From positions 1,280,001 through 1,344,000 of the forward strand of contig OY969585.1 in NCBI GenBank assembly GCA_963701295.1: a stretch of DNA of 64,000 nt, given 5' to 3'. Under the pieces are notes generated by a model that saw only the letters and a program-made list of their open reading frames with translations, was not told the origin of the DNA and did no database searches. Each line of letters begins with the position of its first letter. Positions within the stretch are counted from its first letter, which is position 1. The stretch is from Ignavibacteriota bacterium (GTDB taxonomy: Bacteria; Bacteroidota; Ignavibacteria; UBA10030). Of this stretch, positions 1-9,214 are shown in pieces. The translations under genes were made by a program, and so were the position numbers.

Positions 1-392
1 CAAGATCAATAGCCAGATATCCAATCCATTGAGATTCTTACGCAATGTATCAAAGGTGAGCTTATAATTTGCAGTGACGAGAACATCTGAAAAATCATTT
101 GGTGTGCCAACGGCATATAATCCGGGGGCGACTCGGTAACGATCTCGGCGAATTCCCCAGCGGACTCTGAAAGCACCAAGGTAATCTCTTATGTCCAATT
201 GTGATGAAATGCGTGGAATCATTCCTGCCGGTGTTTGAATTTCATCCAAGATATAACGCCCTTTTTTTTTAAATTGAAGATGGTTTTACTCTCTGCGATT
301 TGGCAGCCACAATTATCAGCCGGAATTTTCAACTGGAGAGATACCAATTCCTCGGAATTCTCGCAACCGCATGGCTGATTTGAATATCCCAT
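1..392 (-). CDS. hgcA: HgcA-like mercury-methylation corrinoid protein, 5' part (runs off the window edge; -1 frame break at A9 run 262-270)
   Basis: Manual translation of the minus strand, 261 to 1: GRYILDEIQTPAGMIPRISSQLDIRDYLGAFRVRWGIRRDRYRVAPGLYAVGTPNDFSDVLVTANYKLTFDTLRKNLNGLDIWLLIL. This matches the HgcA segment preceding the cap-helix motif N(V/I)WCA(A/G)GK, which would lie just outside the window. ATG at 392 is 3 nt after the arsC stop but in another frame. Confidence 0.82.
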
Positions 393-395
393 ATT

Positions 396-830
396 CTATC
401 TTCGACTATCTTTCAACTTCGATTGATAAAGCTCAAAAAACTTCTCTTTGATTTCATCCCGTACACGCCGAAAAACTGCAAGCACTTCTTCTTCTGTTCC
501 TGTTGCCTCTGACGGATCATCGAATCTGAAATGGAGACTGTGTTTCACTATTCCGTTAAATACCGGACATGTTTCTTTGGCATGATCGCAGACTGTAATG
601 ACATAATCGAATGACTCGCTAAGAAATTCATCAACCGACTTTGGATACCCGATACTAATGTTGATTCCCACCTCTTCCATGACCTGAATTGCACGGGAAG
701 AGACGCGCGATGCCGGATGTGTTCCAGCAGAATAGACTTCCAGGTCCGGATCGAACGATTTCAAAAATCCTTCCGCTATCTGGCTTCTGCAGGAATTACC
801 GGTGCAGAGGATAAGAATACGCTGCGTCAT
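396..830 (-). CDS. arsC: Thioredoxin-coupled arsenate reductase (LMW-PTP fold)
   Basis: P-loop CTGNSCRS, resolving cysteines in VCDHA and ETCP, DDP motif; ars operon context. Confidence 0.93.
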   Translation of the reverse strand: MTQRILILCTGNSCRSQIAEGFLKSFDPDLEVYSAGTHPASRVSSRAIQVMEEVGINISIGYPKSVDEFLSESFDYVITVCDHAKETCPVFNGIVKHSLHFRFDDPSEATGTEEEVLAVFRRVRDEIKEKFFELYQSKLKDSRR

Positions 831-850
831 AATGATTTCTTTGTTATGAA

Positions 851-1729
851 TTATTCATTAATCCATGAAACTGTATATTCAGTGTTTTCTGGAATTTCTA
901 CCCGGGGGTCTTTGATTACCCATTGTCCATTCAAAGCCAACGCACGTGCAGTGAATTCAAAATGGCACATCGCAATACCCATATCAACGCGTTGTAAATC
1001 GGCAAGTCTGAGAATGTTAAATATCATTGTTCCTTTGCCGTATCCTTTCGTCCGCTGAAGATAAAAATGCCATGCATCACCGATTCGAACAATACGCCAT
1101 GGTTGTTTATTCGAAGCCGATGGAGCCCAGCGAACCATTTCCAATGGCTTAGCATATTCACCAGTAGTATCTACAGATAATGAGTTACCGAATATCTCTG
1201 AAAAGAACAATTGATCTGATGGCAAACGGCGAGCAGCACTCAGGTATTTCCTGATCTGTCCGTTTCTACCTCTTTGCTCCTCATCATATCCGATAGAAAC
1301 AACAGCAGGAATTGATTCTTTCTCACATAACGATATTTTCTTTGCAAAACTGCTCTGGGTAAATGAACCACCAAGCCAGCATGTTCCTACACCAATATTG
1401 GTTGCTGAAAGAATTGCCTGTTCCAGGAGATACCCATAGTCTTCAAGGTTTTTTGATCCTTGCTCAACTGCACCAATAATAAATCCTGTCGGGTTCTTGA
1501 TGAAACCGTATGTGCCGAGTCCTTTCAACGCTTTTCTATCGTCCTGGATAGCAGCAACCAGTTCAAATCGAGCTTTCGTTCCCAGAGGACCAACTTTCAA
1601 TGTTTCTAAAAACCCTCTCAGTTCCTGTTGTTGCGTTTCCTGTACCGGTTCATCAATATAAGAACGGCAGGAATATCGCTGTCTTATGATTTCTTGAATG
1701 GGTTGATTCATTCTTCTTTCCTGAAGCAT
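851..1729 (-). CDS. Two-domain nitroreductase-family flavoprotein
   Basis: RYSCRSY, GVGTCWLGG and APSASNKQPW motifs; start may be ATG 1711 (MNQPIQ). Confidence 0.85.
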   Translation of the reverse strand: MLQERRMNQPIQEIIRQRYSCRSYIDEPVQETQQQELRGFLETLKVGPLGTKARFELVAAIQDDRKALKGLGTYGFIKNPTGFIIGAVEQGSKNLEDYGYLLEQAILSATNIGVGTCWLGGSFTQSSFAKKISLCEKESIPAVVSIGYDEEQRGRNGQIRKYLSAARRLPSDQLFFSEIFGNSLSVDTTGEYAKPLEMVRWAPSASNKQPWRIVRIGDAWHFYLQRTKGYGKGTMIFNILRLADLQRVDMGIAMCHFEFTARALALNGQWVIKDPRVEIPENTEYTVSWINE

Positions 1730-1739
1730 ACCAGCTGAA

Positions 1740-2177
1740 TTATAAATCTAGTTTCATGCATATAGCCGAACTGCAGCAGCAGCTCCCAAATTGTGATGAT
1801 TTCTTCATAGTGTCATTTTTGATAGAAGAACGATCTACAGCAATAAATCCTTTCTTGGCAAAGAACTTCGATGCGGTTTCTGTTAAAAGCACTATCCTCT
1901 TAATATTCCTCTGTTTTGCCAGTGATATCATCCAGTCTACCAATTGTGTACCGATTTGTTTCTTCTGTAAAGAGGTTGGAACAGCCACGGAACGGAGCAG
2001 CGCATCTTCGTCGTAATATTCAAATCCGGCAACTCCAACGATAGCATTATTCTCAACAGCGAGATAGAATTCAGTCATTGTTGTGCCGACTGTTTCTGTT
2101 GGGAGTTTCTGGCTTTCCAGCAGCGAGCGAATGTCTACGGTGTCTTTTTCTGCCGCTTGACGATACGAAATGTTCAT
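1740..2177 (-). CDS. arsN2: Arsenic-resistance GNAT N-acetyltransferase, ArsN2-like
   Basis: ALLRSVAV, IVLLTETA..FF.K.GF and C-terminal SQFGSCCCSSA; overlaps the arsM stop. Confidence 0.8.
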   Translation of the reverse strand: MNISYRQAAEKDTVDIRSLLESQKLPTETVGTTMTEFYLAVENNAIVGVAGFEYYDEDALLRSVAVPTSLQKKQIGTQLVDWMISLAKQRNIKRIVLLTETASKFFAKKGFIAVDRSSIKNDTMKKSSQFGSCCCSSAICMKLDL

Positions 2178-2983
2178 GACTTCTCCGCATAGACTGTTAT
2201 ACTAAATATACCGATGTGACTTCTCTTGTAATCCTGCAATTGATCTACAGTAAGAAATCTAGAAAGAATATCGTTTGGGATATCGATCTTCCTATCCCTT
2301 TGAATGGTGATATTTATGAAACCGGCTTCTTTAATGATCCGCAGATATTCTTCTTTCTGAACAGCACCGGAAATACATCCAGCGTACAATGTCGCTTCAT
2401 TTCGAAGTTCATCTGAAAGTTCGCCTTGCAGAACGATATCCGAAATACTGAAATGTCCACCTGACTTGATAATTCGGAATGCCTCTGCAAATGCTTTTTT
2501 CTTATTAGGCACTAGATTCATAACACAATTGCTCACGACAACATCAGCGGTACCTGTTTCAATGGGCATATTGTCTATATCACCCAAACGGAATTCCACA
2601 TTCTTGAATCCGAGTTTTTCTGCATTCGTTCGTGCCTTTACAATCATCGCTTCTGTCATATCAATTCCGATAACACGTCCGGTTTCGCTGACGATGGAAC
2701 GCGCAATAAAGCAATCATTCCCTGCGCCCGAACCAAGATCGATAACTGTGTCGCCTGATTTGATTTGAGCAAACTCTGTCGGCAAGCCGCATCCTAATGC
2801 AAGATCAGCATCGGGGACATAGCCGGGAAGTTTTGTATAATCTTCAGCCATGATCGAAAAATCCACATTCGAACATCCGCAGCCGCTGCCGCAGCAAGAG
2901 GATTGGTTCTGCTCTTTGGTTTGCTGTGCAATGGCTCCGTATTTCTCTTTCACCATTTCTTTGATCTCTCGTTCGGTATTCAT
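2174..2983 (-). CDS. arsM: Arsenite S-adenosylmethionine methyltransferase
   Basis: LGCGLP, DLGSGAGND SAM motif, SNCV and GCISGA cysteines, N-terminal CCGSGCGC. Confidence 0.95.
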   Translation of the reverse strand: MNTEREIKEMVKEKYGAIAQQTKEQNQSSCCGSGCGCSNVDFSIMAEDYTKLPGYVPDADLALGCGLPTEFAQIKSGDTVIDLGSGAGNDCFIARSIVSETGRVIGIDMTEAMIVKARTNAEKLGFKNVEFRLGDIDNMPIETGTADVVVSNCVMNLVPNKKKAFAEAFRIIKSGGHFSISDIVLQGELSDELRNEATLYAGCISGAVQKEEYLRIIKEAGFINITIQRDRKIDIPNDILSRFLTVDQLQDYKRSHIGIFSITVYAEKS

Positions 2984-3005
2984 ATGTCATTCTCCTATAA
3001 ATAAC

Positions 3006-3023
3006 TATCGCAATATTACGATA
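3006..3023. promoter_or_regulatory. Putative ArsR operator, copy upstream of arsM
   Basis: Near-perfect 18-bp palindrome TATCGCAATATTACGATA; 16/18 identical to the copy at 3371-3388. Confidence 0.7.
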
Positions 3024-3041
3024 GATGAGTATAAAAAATTT

Positions 3042-3362
3042 TCAACAACACGATTTCACGTTATTCAGAAACTGAGCAAGAATCTGTTTTGCTTCCTGCC
3101 ATGCTTTTTTATTAATGCAGTAACACACCTTCGGTCCTTCAATCTCGCCTTTGATTAGACCGATACGTTTCAATTCAGCAAGATGTTGTGATACAGTCGC
3201 CTGAGACAGGGGGAGTTCTTCCACAATGTCGCCGCAAACACAAGCATTTTGTTTAGCTAGGAATTCTAGAATTGCAATTCGTGCCGGATGTGCAAAAGCT
3301 TTCCCGAGATCCGCGAGGCGATTCTGACTGTTGCTAAAAACTTCTTTCTTTGATGTTCCCAT
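3042..3362 (-). CDS. arsR: ArsR/SmtB metalloregulator
   Basis: KAFAHPARIAIL, CVCGD metal box, LSQATVSQHL helix-turn-helix, C-terminal CC; true start taken as ATG 3362 (MGTSKK). Confidence 0.93.
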   Translation of the reverse strand: MGTSKKEVFSNSQNRLADLGKAFAHPARIAILEFLAKQNACVCGDIVEELPLSQATVSQHLAELKRIGLIKGEIEGPKVCYCINKKAWQEAKQILAQFLNNVKSCC

Positions 3363-3370
3363 AATTCTTA

Positions 3371-3388
3371 TATCGTAATAATACGATA
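3371..3388. promoter_or_regulatory. Putative ArsR operator, copy upstream of arsR
   Basis: TATCGTA-ATAA-TACGATA 7-4-7 palindrome 8 nt upstream of the arsR ATG. Confidence 0.7.
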
Positions 3389-3455
3389 GAAGTTTCACAA
3401 AAACAAGAAAAAAATGAGATGATGCCTTTATACGCGGGAAAATGGGTCGTTCTGT

Positions 3456-3502
3456 AAAAAAACTTCTGGCTTTCCGAAGAAAAAACCTAAAACTGGAAAG
3501 CC
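3456..3502 (-). terminator. Possible intrinsic terminator after ftsZ
   Basis: 8-bp stem GGCTTTCC/GGAAAGCC with a long 19-nt loop; T7 run 5 nt downstream on the minus strand; atypical geometry. Confidence 0.35.
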
Positions 3503-3589
3503 GCAAATGCGTGAGTCATCCCTCATTCCCACCGTGCAAGGAGAGAAGAGAAAGTACATCACTTCTATCAATATGAAATAGCCGCCCGA

Positions 3590-4765
3590 TTAGTCCATGA
3601 TCTTACGAAGGAACGCTGGACGTTCGGTATCGGACTTGTCAATCCTTTCTCTTTGCATACCGACTTCTCGAAGCGGAGCATTTGGAATTTCTACACCGCG
3701 ACGTACGAATGTCGGCACCTCAAAACGCTGCAACTCTGTTGGACCGACTGGCACATGGTCGATCAGTTTCGCTGTTGGTTTTGCAGGCCGTTGAACTGCC
3801 GCTGCTCGTTTGTTGAAACCGGTTGCGATGACGGTTACCATAATCTCTTCTGTCATGTTTTCATCAATGACAGTGCCGAGAATAACGTTTGCTTCCTCGC
3901 CTGCTGCTTCGTGAATGATTTTTGTTGCTTCATCCACTTCCATAAGGCTGAGTTCTTTACCGCCCGTGATATTGATGAGAATGCCCTGTGCTCCGGCGAT
4001 GGATACACCTTCAAGTAACGGGCTGGAAATTGCCATTTGTGCTGCTTCGGTTGCACGGTTTTCGCCTGAAGCAATACCGGTGCCCATGAGCGCGTCGCCC
4101 ATTTCTTTCATGATAGTACGCACATCGGCAAAGTCTACGTTGATGTAGCCTGGGACAGTGATGACTTCCGAGATGCCGCGCGTGGCATTATATAAAACCT
4201 GATTGGCTATTTCAAATGCTTCAAGAATAGGAGTGCGTCGATCAATAAGATCAAGAAGCCTTTGGTTGGGAATGACGATGAGCGTATCGACATTCTTCTT
4301 CATCTCTTCAATTCCTTGCTCGGCTTGTCCATTTCTTCGTTTGCCTTCGCTGTTAAAGGGCTTCGTCACGATACCTACTACAAGTGCACCGACACTTTTT
4401 GCGATGCTGGCTACTAATGGTGCACCGCCGGTACCGGTACCACCGCCCATTCCTGCAGTGATGAATACCATATCACAACCGGACAGGGCCTGCGCGATTT
4501 CTTCCCGATCCTCTTCTACAGCACGGAAACCAATACTGGGGTCAGCGCCGGCGCCGAGTCCGCGCGTGAGGTTTTTGCCAATTTGAAGTTTATGCGGAGC
4601 TTTATTGCGTTCCAGTGCTTGCAGATCTGTGTTGATGATAACGAAATCAACACCAGCAAGACCTTTATCGATCATACTATTGACGGCATTGCCTCCGCCT
4701 CCGCCAACACCAACAACACGAATTTTTGCTCCTCGACCAGTTACGGTGTCAAGTTCGATAGGCAC
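3590..4765 (-). CDS. ftsZ: Cell division protein FtsZ
   Basis: [15 protein letters not shown] and INVDFADV motifs, C-terminal PAFLRK. Confidence 0.99.
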   Translation of the reverse strand: MPIELDTVTGRGAKIRVVGVGGGGGNAVNSMIDKGLAGVDFVIINTDLQALERNKAPHKLQIGKNLTRGLGAGADPSIGFRAVEEDREEIAQALSGCDMVFITAGMGGGTGTGGAPLVASIAKSVGALVVGIVTKPFNSEGKRRNGQAEQGIEEMKKNVDTLIVIPNQRLLDLIDRRTPILEAFEIANQVLYNATRGISEVITVPGYINVDFADVRTIMKEMGDALMGTGIASGENRATEAAQMAISSPLLEGVSIAGAQGILINITGGKELSLMEVDEATKIIHEAAGEEANVILGTVIDENMTEEIMVTVIATGFNKRAAAVQRPAKPTAKLIDHVPVGPTELQRFEVPTFVRRGVEIPNAPLREVGMQRERIDKSDTERPAFLRKIMD

Positions 4766-4821
4766 GGTGGGTTCTCCTTTTATTTGTTGTGAAATTATTG
4801 TTAATAAAGTTCTTACTCGTA

Positions 4822-6060
4822 TTACAGTTCGTCAAACCACGATTTCATTTTCTGGAAGATCGTTCTACCTTTTCCGTCTTGAATGACTGCTTTTACACCG
4901 GAACGATCACGATGCTTTAATTCATGCATCACTAATCCGACGCCTGTGGCGTAAATTGGATTCTCGATTTCTCGAACGAGGCCAGAGCTGAATCCGCCTG
5001 GAATTCCAATCTTTACTGGCATTCCGAGTACCTCCTTTGCAAGATCAGCAGTTCCTTTAATAAGTGAGCCGCCACCGGTGAGCACAACACCTGCTGAAAG
5101 ATGCTTAGAATACCCGGAACGTTTGATCTCCATCGCAGCAAATTCTAAAATTTCTTCCATCCGTGGCTGAATAACTTTGCAGAGTAAATGTTTGTCGATT
5201 TCGAGCGGTGCGCGTCCGCCAATACCGGGAATTTGAATCGGCTGGTTATCCACGATTGCAGGCTCGTACGTGAAGCCATAATCCACTTTGATTTTCTCGG
5301 CTTGATCTGTGAGGATGCCAAATCCTTTACGAATATCGTCCGTTACTTTTCTGCCGGCAATACCAATGACAGCTGTATGACGAATAGTTCGTTCCTCGAA
5401 CACGGCGAGATCCGTTGTGCCACCGCCGATATCGAGAAGCGCCACGCCCACTTCTTTTTCTTCATCATCCAAAACTGCATAACTCGATGCAAGTGGTTCG
5501 AGCACCATATCGTTGACATGCAAACCGGCGCGTTGGACGCATTTGTAAATGTTTTGCGCTGCCGTAACTAGTCCGGTGATGATATGAACAATCGCTTCCA
5601 TGCGGACACCGGACATTCCGACAGGATCGTAAATGCTATCCTGTCCATCGACAATGAATTGCTGGGGAATGACATGAATAATTCTTCGGTCAAGCGGAAG
5701 TGCGACACGTTTTGTATCCTCAATAAGCCGATCAACATCTTCCTGCGTAATTTCATTTTCCGGCCTGCTGATACTGATGACTCCGCGGCTTTGAAAACTC
5801 TGAATGTGGTCGCCAGCGATACCGACTGTCACAGAACTAATTTTTACACCGGATTGCTGTTCAGCATCCTGGACAGCCGATTGAATGGAACGAACAGTTT
5901 TTTCAATGTTTGTCACCACACCACGGGTCAATCCTTCAGATGTGCTCTTGCCAATGCCAAGTATTTTCAGTTTCCCGGGATAATTGTCATCTGGTGATGC
6001 AACAATTGCACATACTTTTGTGGTACCAATATCTAATCCAACTGCTATATCCTGCTCCAT
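4822..6060 (-). CDS. ftsA: Cell division protein FtsA
   Basis: [17 protein letters not shown] and LTGGGS actin-like motifs; position in dcw. Confidence 0.98.
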   Translation of the reverse strand: MEQDIAVGLDIGTTKVCAIVASPDDNYPGKLKILGIGKSTSEGLTRGVVTNIEKTVRSIQSAVQDAEQQSGVKISSVTVGIAGDHIQSFQSRGVISISRPENEITQEDVDRLIEDTKRVALPLDRRIIHVIPQQFIVDGQDSIYDPVGMSGVRMEAIVHIITGLVTAAQNIYKCVQRAGLHVNDMVLEPLASSYAVLDDEEKEVGVALLDIGGGTTDLAVFEERTIRHTAVIGIAGRKVTDDIRKGFGILTDQAEKIKVDYGFTYEPAIVDNQPIQIPGIGGRAPLEIDKHLLCKVIQPRMEEILEFAAMEIKRSGYSKHLSAGVVLTGGGSLIKGTADLAKEVLGMPVKIGIPGGFSSGLVREIENPIYATGVGLVMHELKHRDRSGVKAVIQDGKGRTIFQKMKSWFDEL

Positions 6061-6105
6061 ATCACATCCTTCTCGTCATAAATATTTTCATTAAATAATC
6101 TTTCG

Positions 6106-6867
6106 TTATAGACTCTTTGTTGCTAATGGTTCTTGACTCCAGCGTGCAACGATCTGATCTTGATACCTTAAATCCACATATTGCAAGTATTGCACTCCAC
6201 GCGTTCGTACAATATCATTCCAAAATATTTCCAATCGAATAAGTTTTCCAGGAAGTTCACCGCGTCCAAAAATAATAGGCACACCGCCTTCCGCCGAGTA
6301 GAGCACAATATCTCCACCATTTCGCACTTGTATTTCTGAAATATTATGATACAATGGACGATTCACGGTTCTTAACACTGCAAGCAATTGCAGAGCTTCG
6401 ATTTCGTCTGGCTGAGTAATGGTTGAACCTAAAACAAAGGGCTCACTTGCCGAAATTCCGCTGATCATGGGCAGATCAAAAATCTTGTACGAAACAGTTT
6501 TGGGAAGTACGACTCCATCTTCATCTAAATACACTGGTTCGGAGAGATTCACCATGGCGACAGGAACGCGCTCAATAATTTGAATATGTATTGAATTGGG
6601 TAAGTTTCGCTCAACCACAGCATCTTTGATATAATAATGGCTCATGACATTTTGTTGAATTGCGGTTAAGTCAACTTTATACAGAAGTGCACCTATTTGT
6701 ACTTGAGTAAGTTGAATAATTTCATTCGTGTTGACGATCCGGTTGCCGTCTATTTTAATTTGATTGATTTTCAAACTTGATTTCCATGCATTAGCACCGA
6801 ATGCAAGACAAACCACCAAAGCTATCAGCATCAGCACATGAAAAGTCTTCGGTTTTGATTCGTTCAT
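6106..6867 (-). CDS. ftsQ: Cell division protein FtsQ/DivIB
   Basis: N-terminal TM, POTRA-like region, IIERVP, YVDLRY; upstream of ftsA. Confidence 0.92.
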   Translation of the reverse strand: MNESKPKTFHVLMLIALVVCLAFGANAWKSSLKINQIKIDGNRIVNTNEIIQLTQVQIGALLYKVDLTAIQQNVMSHYYIKDAVVERNLPNSIHIQIIERVPVAMVNLSEPVYLDEDGVVLPKTVSYKIFDLPMISGISASEPFVLGSTITQPDEIEALQLLAVLRTVNRPLYHNISEIQVRNGGDIVLYSAEGGVPIIFGRGELPGKLIRLEIFWNDIVRTRGVQYLQYVDLRYQDQIVARWSQEPLATKSL

Positions 6868-7790
6868 GCTGCTTCCTTCGCAGAACTGGAGAATCCGACC
6901 ATCCTAACTTCCAACTCCAACATCACTCCTGAATTTTGATATACCGTACGCTTCACCAAATCGATGAGTTTTACTATGTCCTCTGCTTTCGCATTGCCAA
7001 GATTGATAATGAAATTTGCATGCTTCTCTGATATCTGTGCGTCGCCCACTCGTTTGCCTTTTAATCCGGCTTGTTCAATCAATTTTGCCGCAAATGTATT
7101 TGGTGGATTCTTGAACATACTACCAAGGTTTGGAAATTCCAGCGGCTGAGTCTCATTGCGGCGAAGGATCAATTCCCGACGCTTTGCACTGAGCGGTTCT
7201 TTGTCCCCTCGTTGAAGCTTAAATGCTGCACTCAGCACAACATCTTGATCAAATCCCGAATGCCGATATGAGAACTGCGCATTTTCATTCTTCACTTGCT
7301 GTGTATGTCCATTGCGGATGACTTCAACTTCAATAAGATGATCGGCAATTTCGCCGTCGTGAGCACCGGCATTCATTGCTACTGCGCCGCCGATAGTACC
7401 GGGAATTCCAGCAAGCATTTCCACACCAGCAAGTTCATTCTGAATACAGAAGTCAACAAATTTTGTCAACCATACCCCAGCTTCAGCAATGACAAAATTG
7501 CCATCGATATAAATTTTTGAAAGTGCCTGTTCAACATTTATAACAGCACCTCGAATTCCTTCGTCACTGACAAGGAGGTTGCTTCCCCGACCGAGAACCA
7601 TCCACGAATAATGATGGGTGTGAAAATAGGCGATGATTGCCTTGAGATCATCTTTATCCATCGGTTCGATGTAGAAATCTGCCGGCCCACCGACCTTCAT
7701 CCATGTATATTTTCTCATTGGTTCATCAACAGCAATGTTGCCGCGGAGTATCTTCTGTATGTCATTTAAAGAGATCATTGTTTCATGCAA
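6864..7790 (-). CDS. murB: UDP-N-acetylenolpyruvoylglucosamine reductase
   Basis: GGPAD, GRGSNLLVSD, GIPGTIGGA..MNAGA, GSMFKNP, KHANF. Confidence 0.97.
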   Translation of the reverse strand: MHETMISLNDIQKILRGNIAVDEPMRKYTWMKVGGPADFYIEPMDKDDLKAIIAYFHTHHYSWMVLGRGSNLLVSDEGIRGAVINVEQALSKIYIDGNFVIAEAGVWLTKFVDFCIQNELAGVEMLAGIPGTIGGAVAMNAGAHDGEIADHLIEVEVIRNGHTQQVKNENAQFSYRHSGFDQDVVLSAAFKLQRGDKEPLSAKRRELILRRNETQPLEFPNLGSMFKNPPNTFAAKLIEQAGLKGKRVGDAQISEKHANFIINLGNAKAEDIVKLIDLVKRTVYQNSGVMLELEVRMVGFSSSAKEAA

Positions 7791-7825
7791 GGGAATATTT
7801 TTAACCTGCTCGGATTTATTCCTTT

Positions 7826-9211
7826 TTACTGTTTGTTCTTTATTTGATTTAAAAACTCTTCACCGTATTTCCAGATATCACCTGCACCCATGGTTATTAC
7901 GATATCACCCGGTTTTACGATAGACTTCAGAAAAGTAGCAACCTCTTTTTTATCCGGAACATAGTGAACATCCTTGTGACCAAATTGTTTTGCTGCATTT
8001 ACAATTAACTCGCCGTTCACTCCCTGTATCGGTTCCTCGCGCGCAGGGTATACATCCGTAACAACCAGCACATCTGATAACAGGAACGACTTGCCGAAGT
8101 CTTCATAGAAATCGCGCGTACGGCTGTACAGATGCGGTTGGAAAACACATACCACCCGTCGCCGCCAACCTGACTTCACGCCGGAAAGCGTAGCCCTGCA
8201 TTCCGTTGGATGATGTGCGTAATCGTCGTACAAAGCAATATCGTTCACTTCGCCTTTCTTTTCCCAACGCCGATAGACGCCAGCAAATTTCTCGATGCCA
8301 GCTTTGATCTTTTTAAATGGTATGCCAAGTTCCAATGCGACAGTGATTGCACCCAGCGAATTCTGTACGTTATGGATGCCCGGCACCTGAAGCATGATTG
8401 TGCCTAGTTCATGATTATTACGAACAAGCGTGTACGTGGTTGAGTTATCCTTGTGTCGGATGTCCACCGCTTGAACGTCCCCTTGCGGGTTAAGACCATA
8501 GGTGACAATTTTCTTTTTGCTCAAGTGTGGCATAATATCCAACAATGCTGGTTCATCGAGGCAGAGAACAATGAATCCGTAGAATGGTACTTTTGATGCA
8601 AACTGGATAAATGCACTTTTGATATCTTCCAAATCACGATAACAATCAAGATGGTCGGTTTCGAGTGTGGTCAACACGGCAATGGTCGGTGTGATGGACA
8701 GGAATGACCGATCGTATTCATCCGCCTCTACAACAATGAATTCACCTTGCCCAAGACGCGCATTCGTACCGCCTAATCCGCTTAATTTACCGCCGACAAT
8801 AACTGTTGGATCAAGTCCGCCTTCCATCAGTACAAGACTTGTCATCGAAGTCGTCGTTGTCTTTCCGTGAGTGCCAGCGATGCCGATGCCATATTTTAGC
8901 CGCATAACTTCAGCAAGCATTTCGGCCCGACGCACGATGGGAATGGTTCGCTTCTGGGCGTCGAGAATTTCTGGGTTATCCGGTTGTACCGCAGAAGAGT
9001 ACACAACGGTGTCTACATCTTGCGCTATATTTTCTGCACGATGCCCTTCGAATATACTGGCGCCAAGTTTTTGGAGACGTTCCGTCACTTCAGAAAGCGC
9101 GCGATCGGAGCCGCTAACCTTAAATCCCTGATCGAGCAGAATTTCAGCTATGCCACTCATCCCTATACCGCCGATACCAATGAAATGTAATTTCTTGATA
9201 GAACGAAACAT
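7826..9211 (-). CDS. murC: UDP-N-acetylmuramate-L-alanine ligase
   Basis: HFIGIGGIGMSG, GTHGKTTTT, EADEYD, DDYAHHPTE. Confidence 0.98.
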   Translation of the reverse strand: MFRSIKKLHFIGIGGIGMSGIAEILLDQGFKVSGSDRALSEVTERLQKLGASIFEGHRAENIAQDVDTVVYSSAVQPDNPEILDAQKRTIPIVRRAEMLAEVMRLKYGIGIAGTHGKTTTTSMTSLVLMEGGLDPTVIVGGKLSGLGGTNARLGQGEFIVVEADEYDRSFLSITPTIAVLTTLETDHLDCYRDLEDIKSAFIQFASKVPFYGFIVLCLDEPALLDIMPHLSKKKIVTYGLNPQGDVQAVDIRHKDNSTTYTLVRNNHELGTIMLQVPGIHNVQNSLGAITVALELGIPFKKIKAGIEKFAGVYRRWEKKGEVNDIALYDDYAHHPTECRATLSGVKSGWRRRVVCVFQPHLYSRTRDFYEDFGKSFLLSDVLVVTDVYPAREEPIQGVNGELIVNAAKQFGHKDVHYVPDKKEVATFLKSIVKPGDIVITMGAGDIWKYGEEFLNQIKNKQ

Positions 9212-9214
9212 CTG

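Noticed and set aside
189-221. Selenocysteine readthrough of the TGA ending the short Cys-rich ORF before hgcA
   Set aside because: Readthrough gives only FHAFHHNWT then TAA and does not enter the HgcA frame; the extension has CGC motifs, not a Cys-TGA pair
3363-3506. 48-aa N-terminal extension of ArsR in the ORF track
   Set aside because: Runs through the operator and promoter region; ArsR similarity starts at ATG 3362
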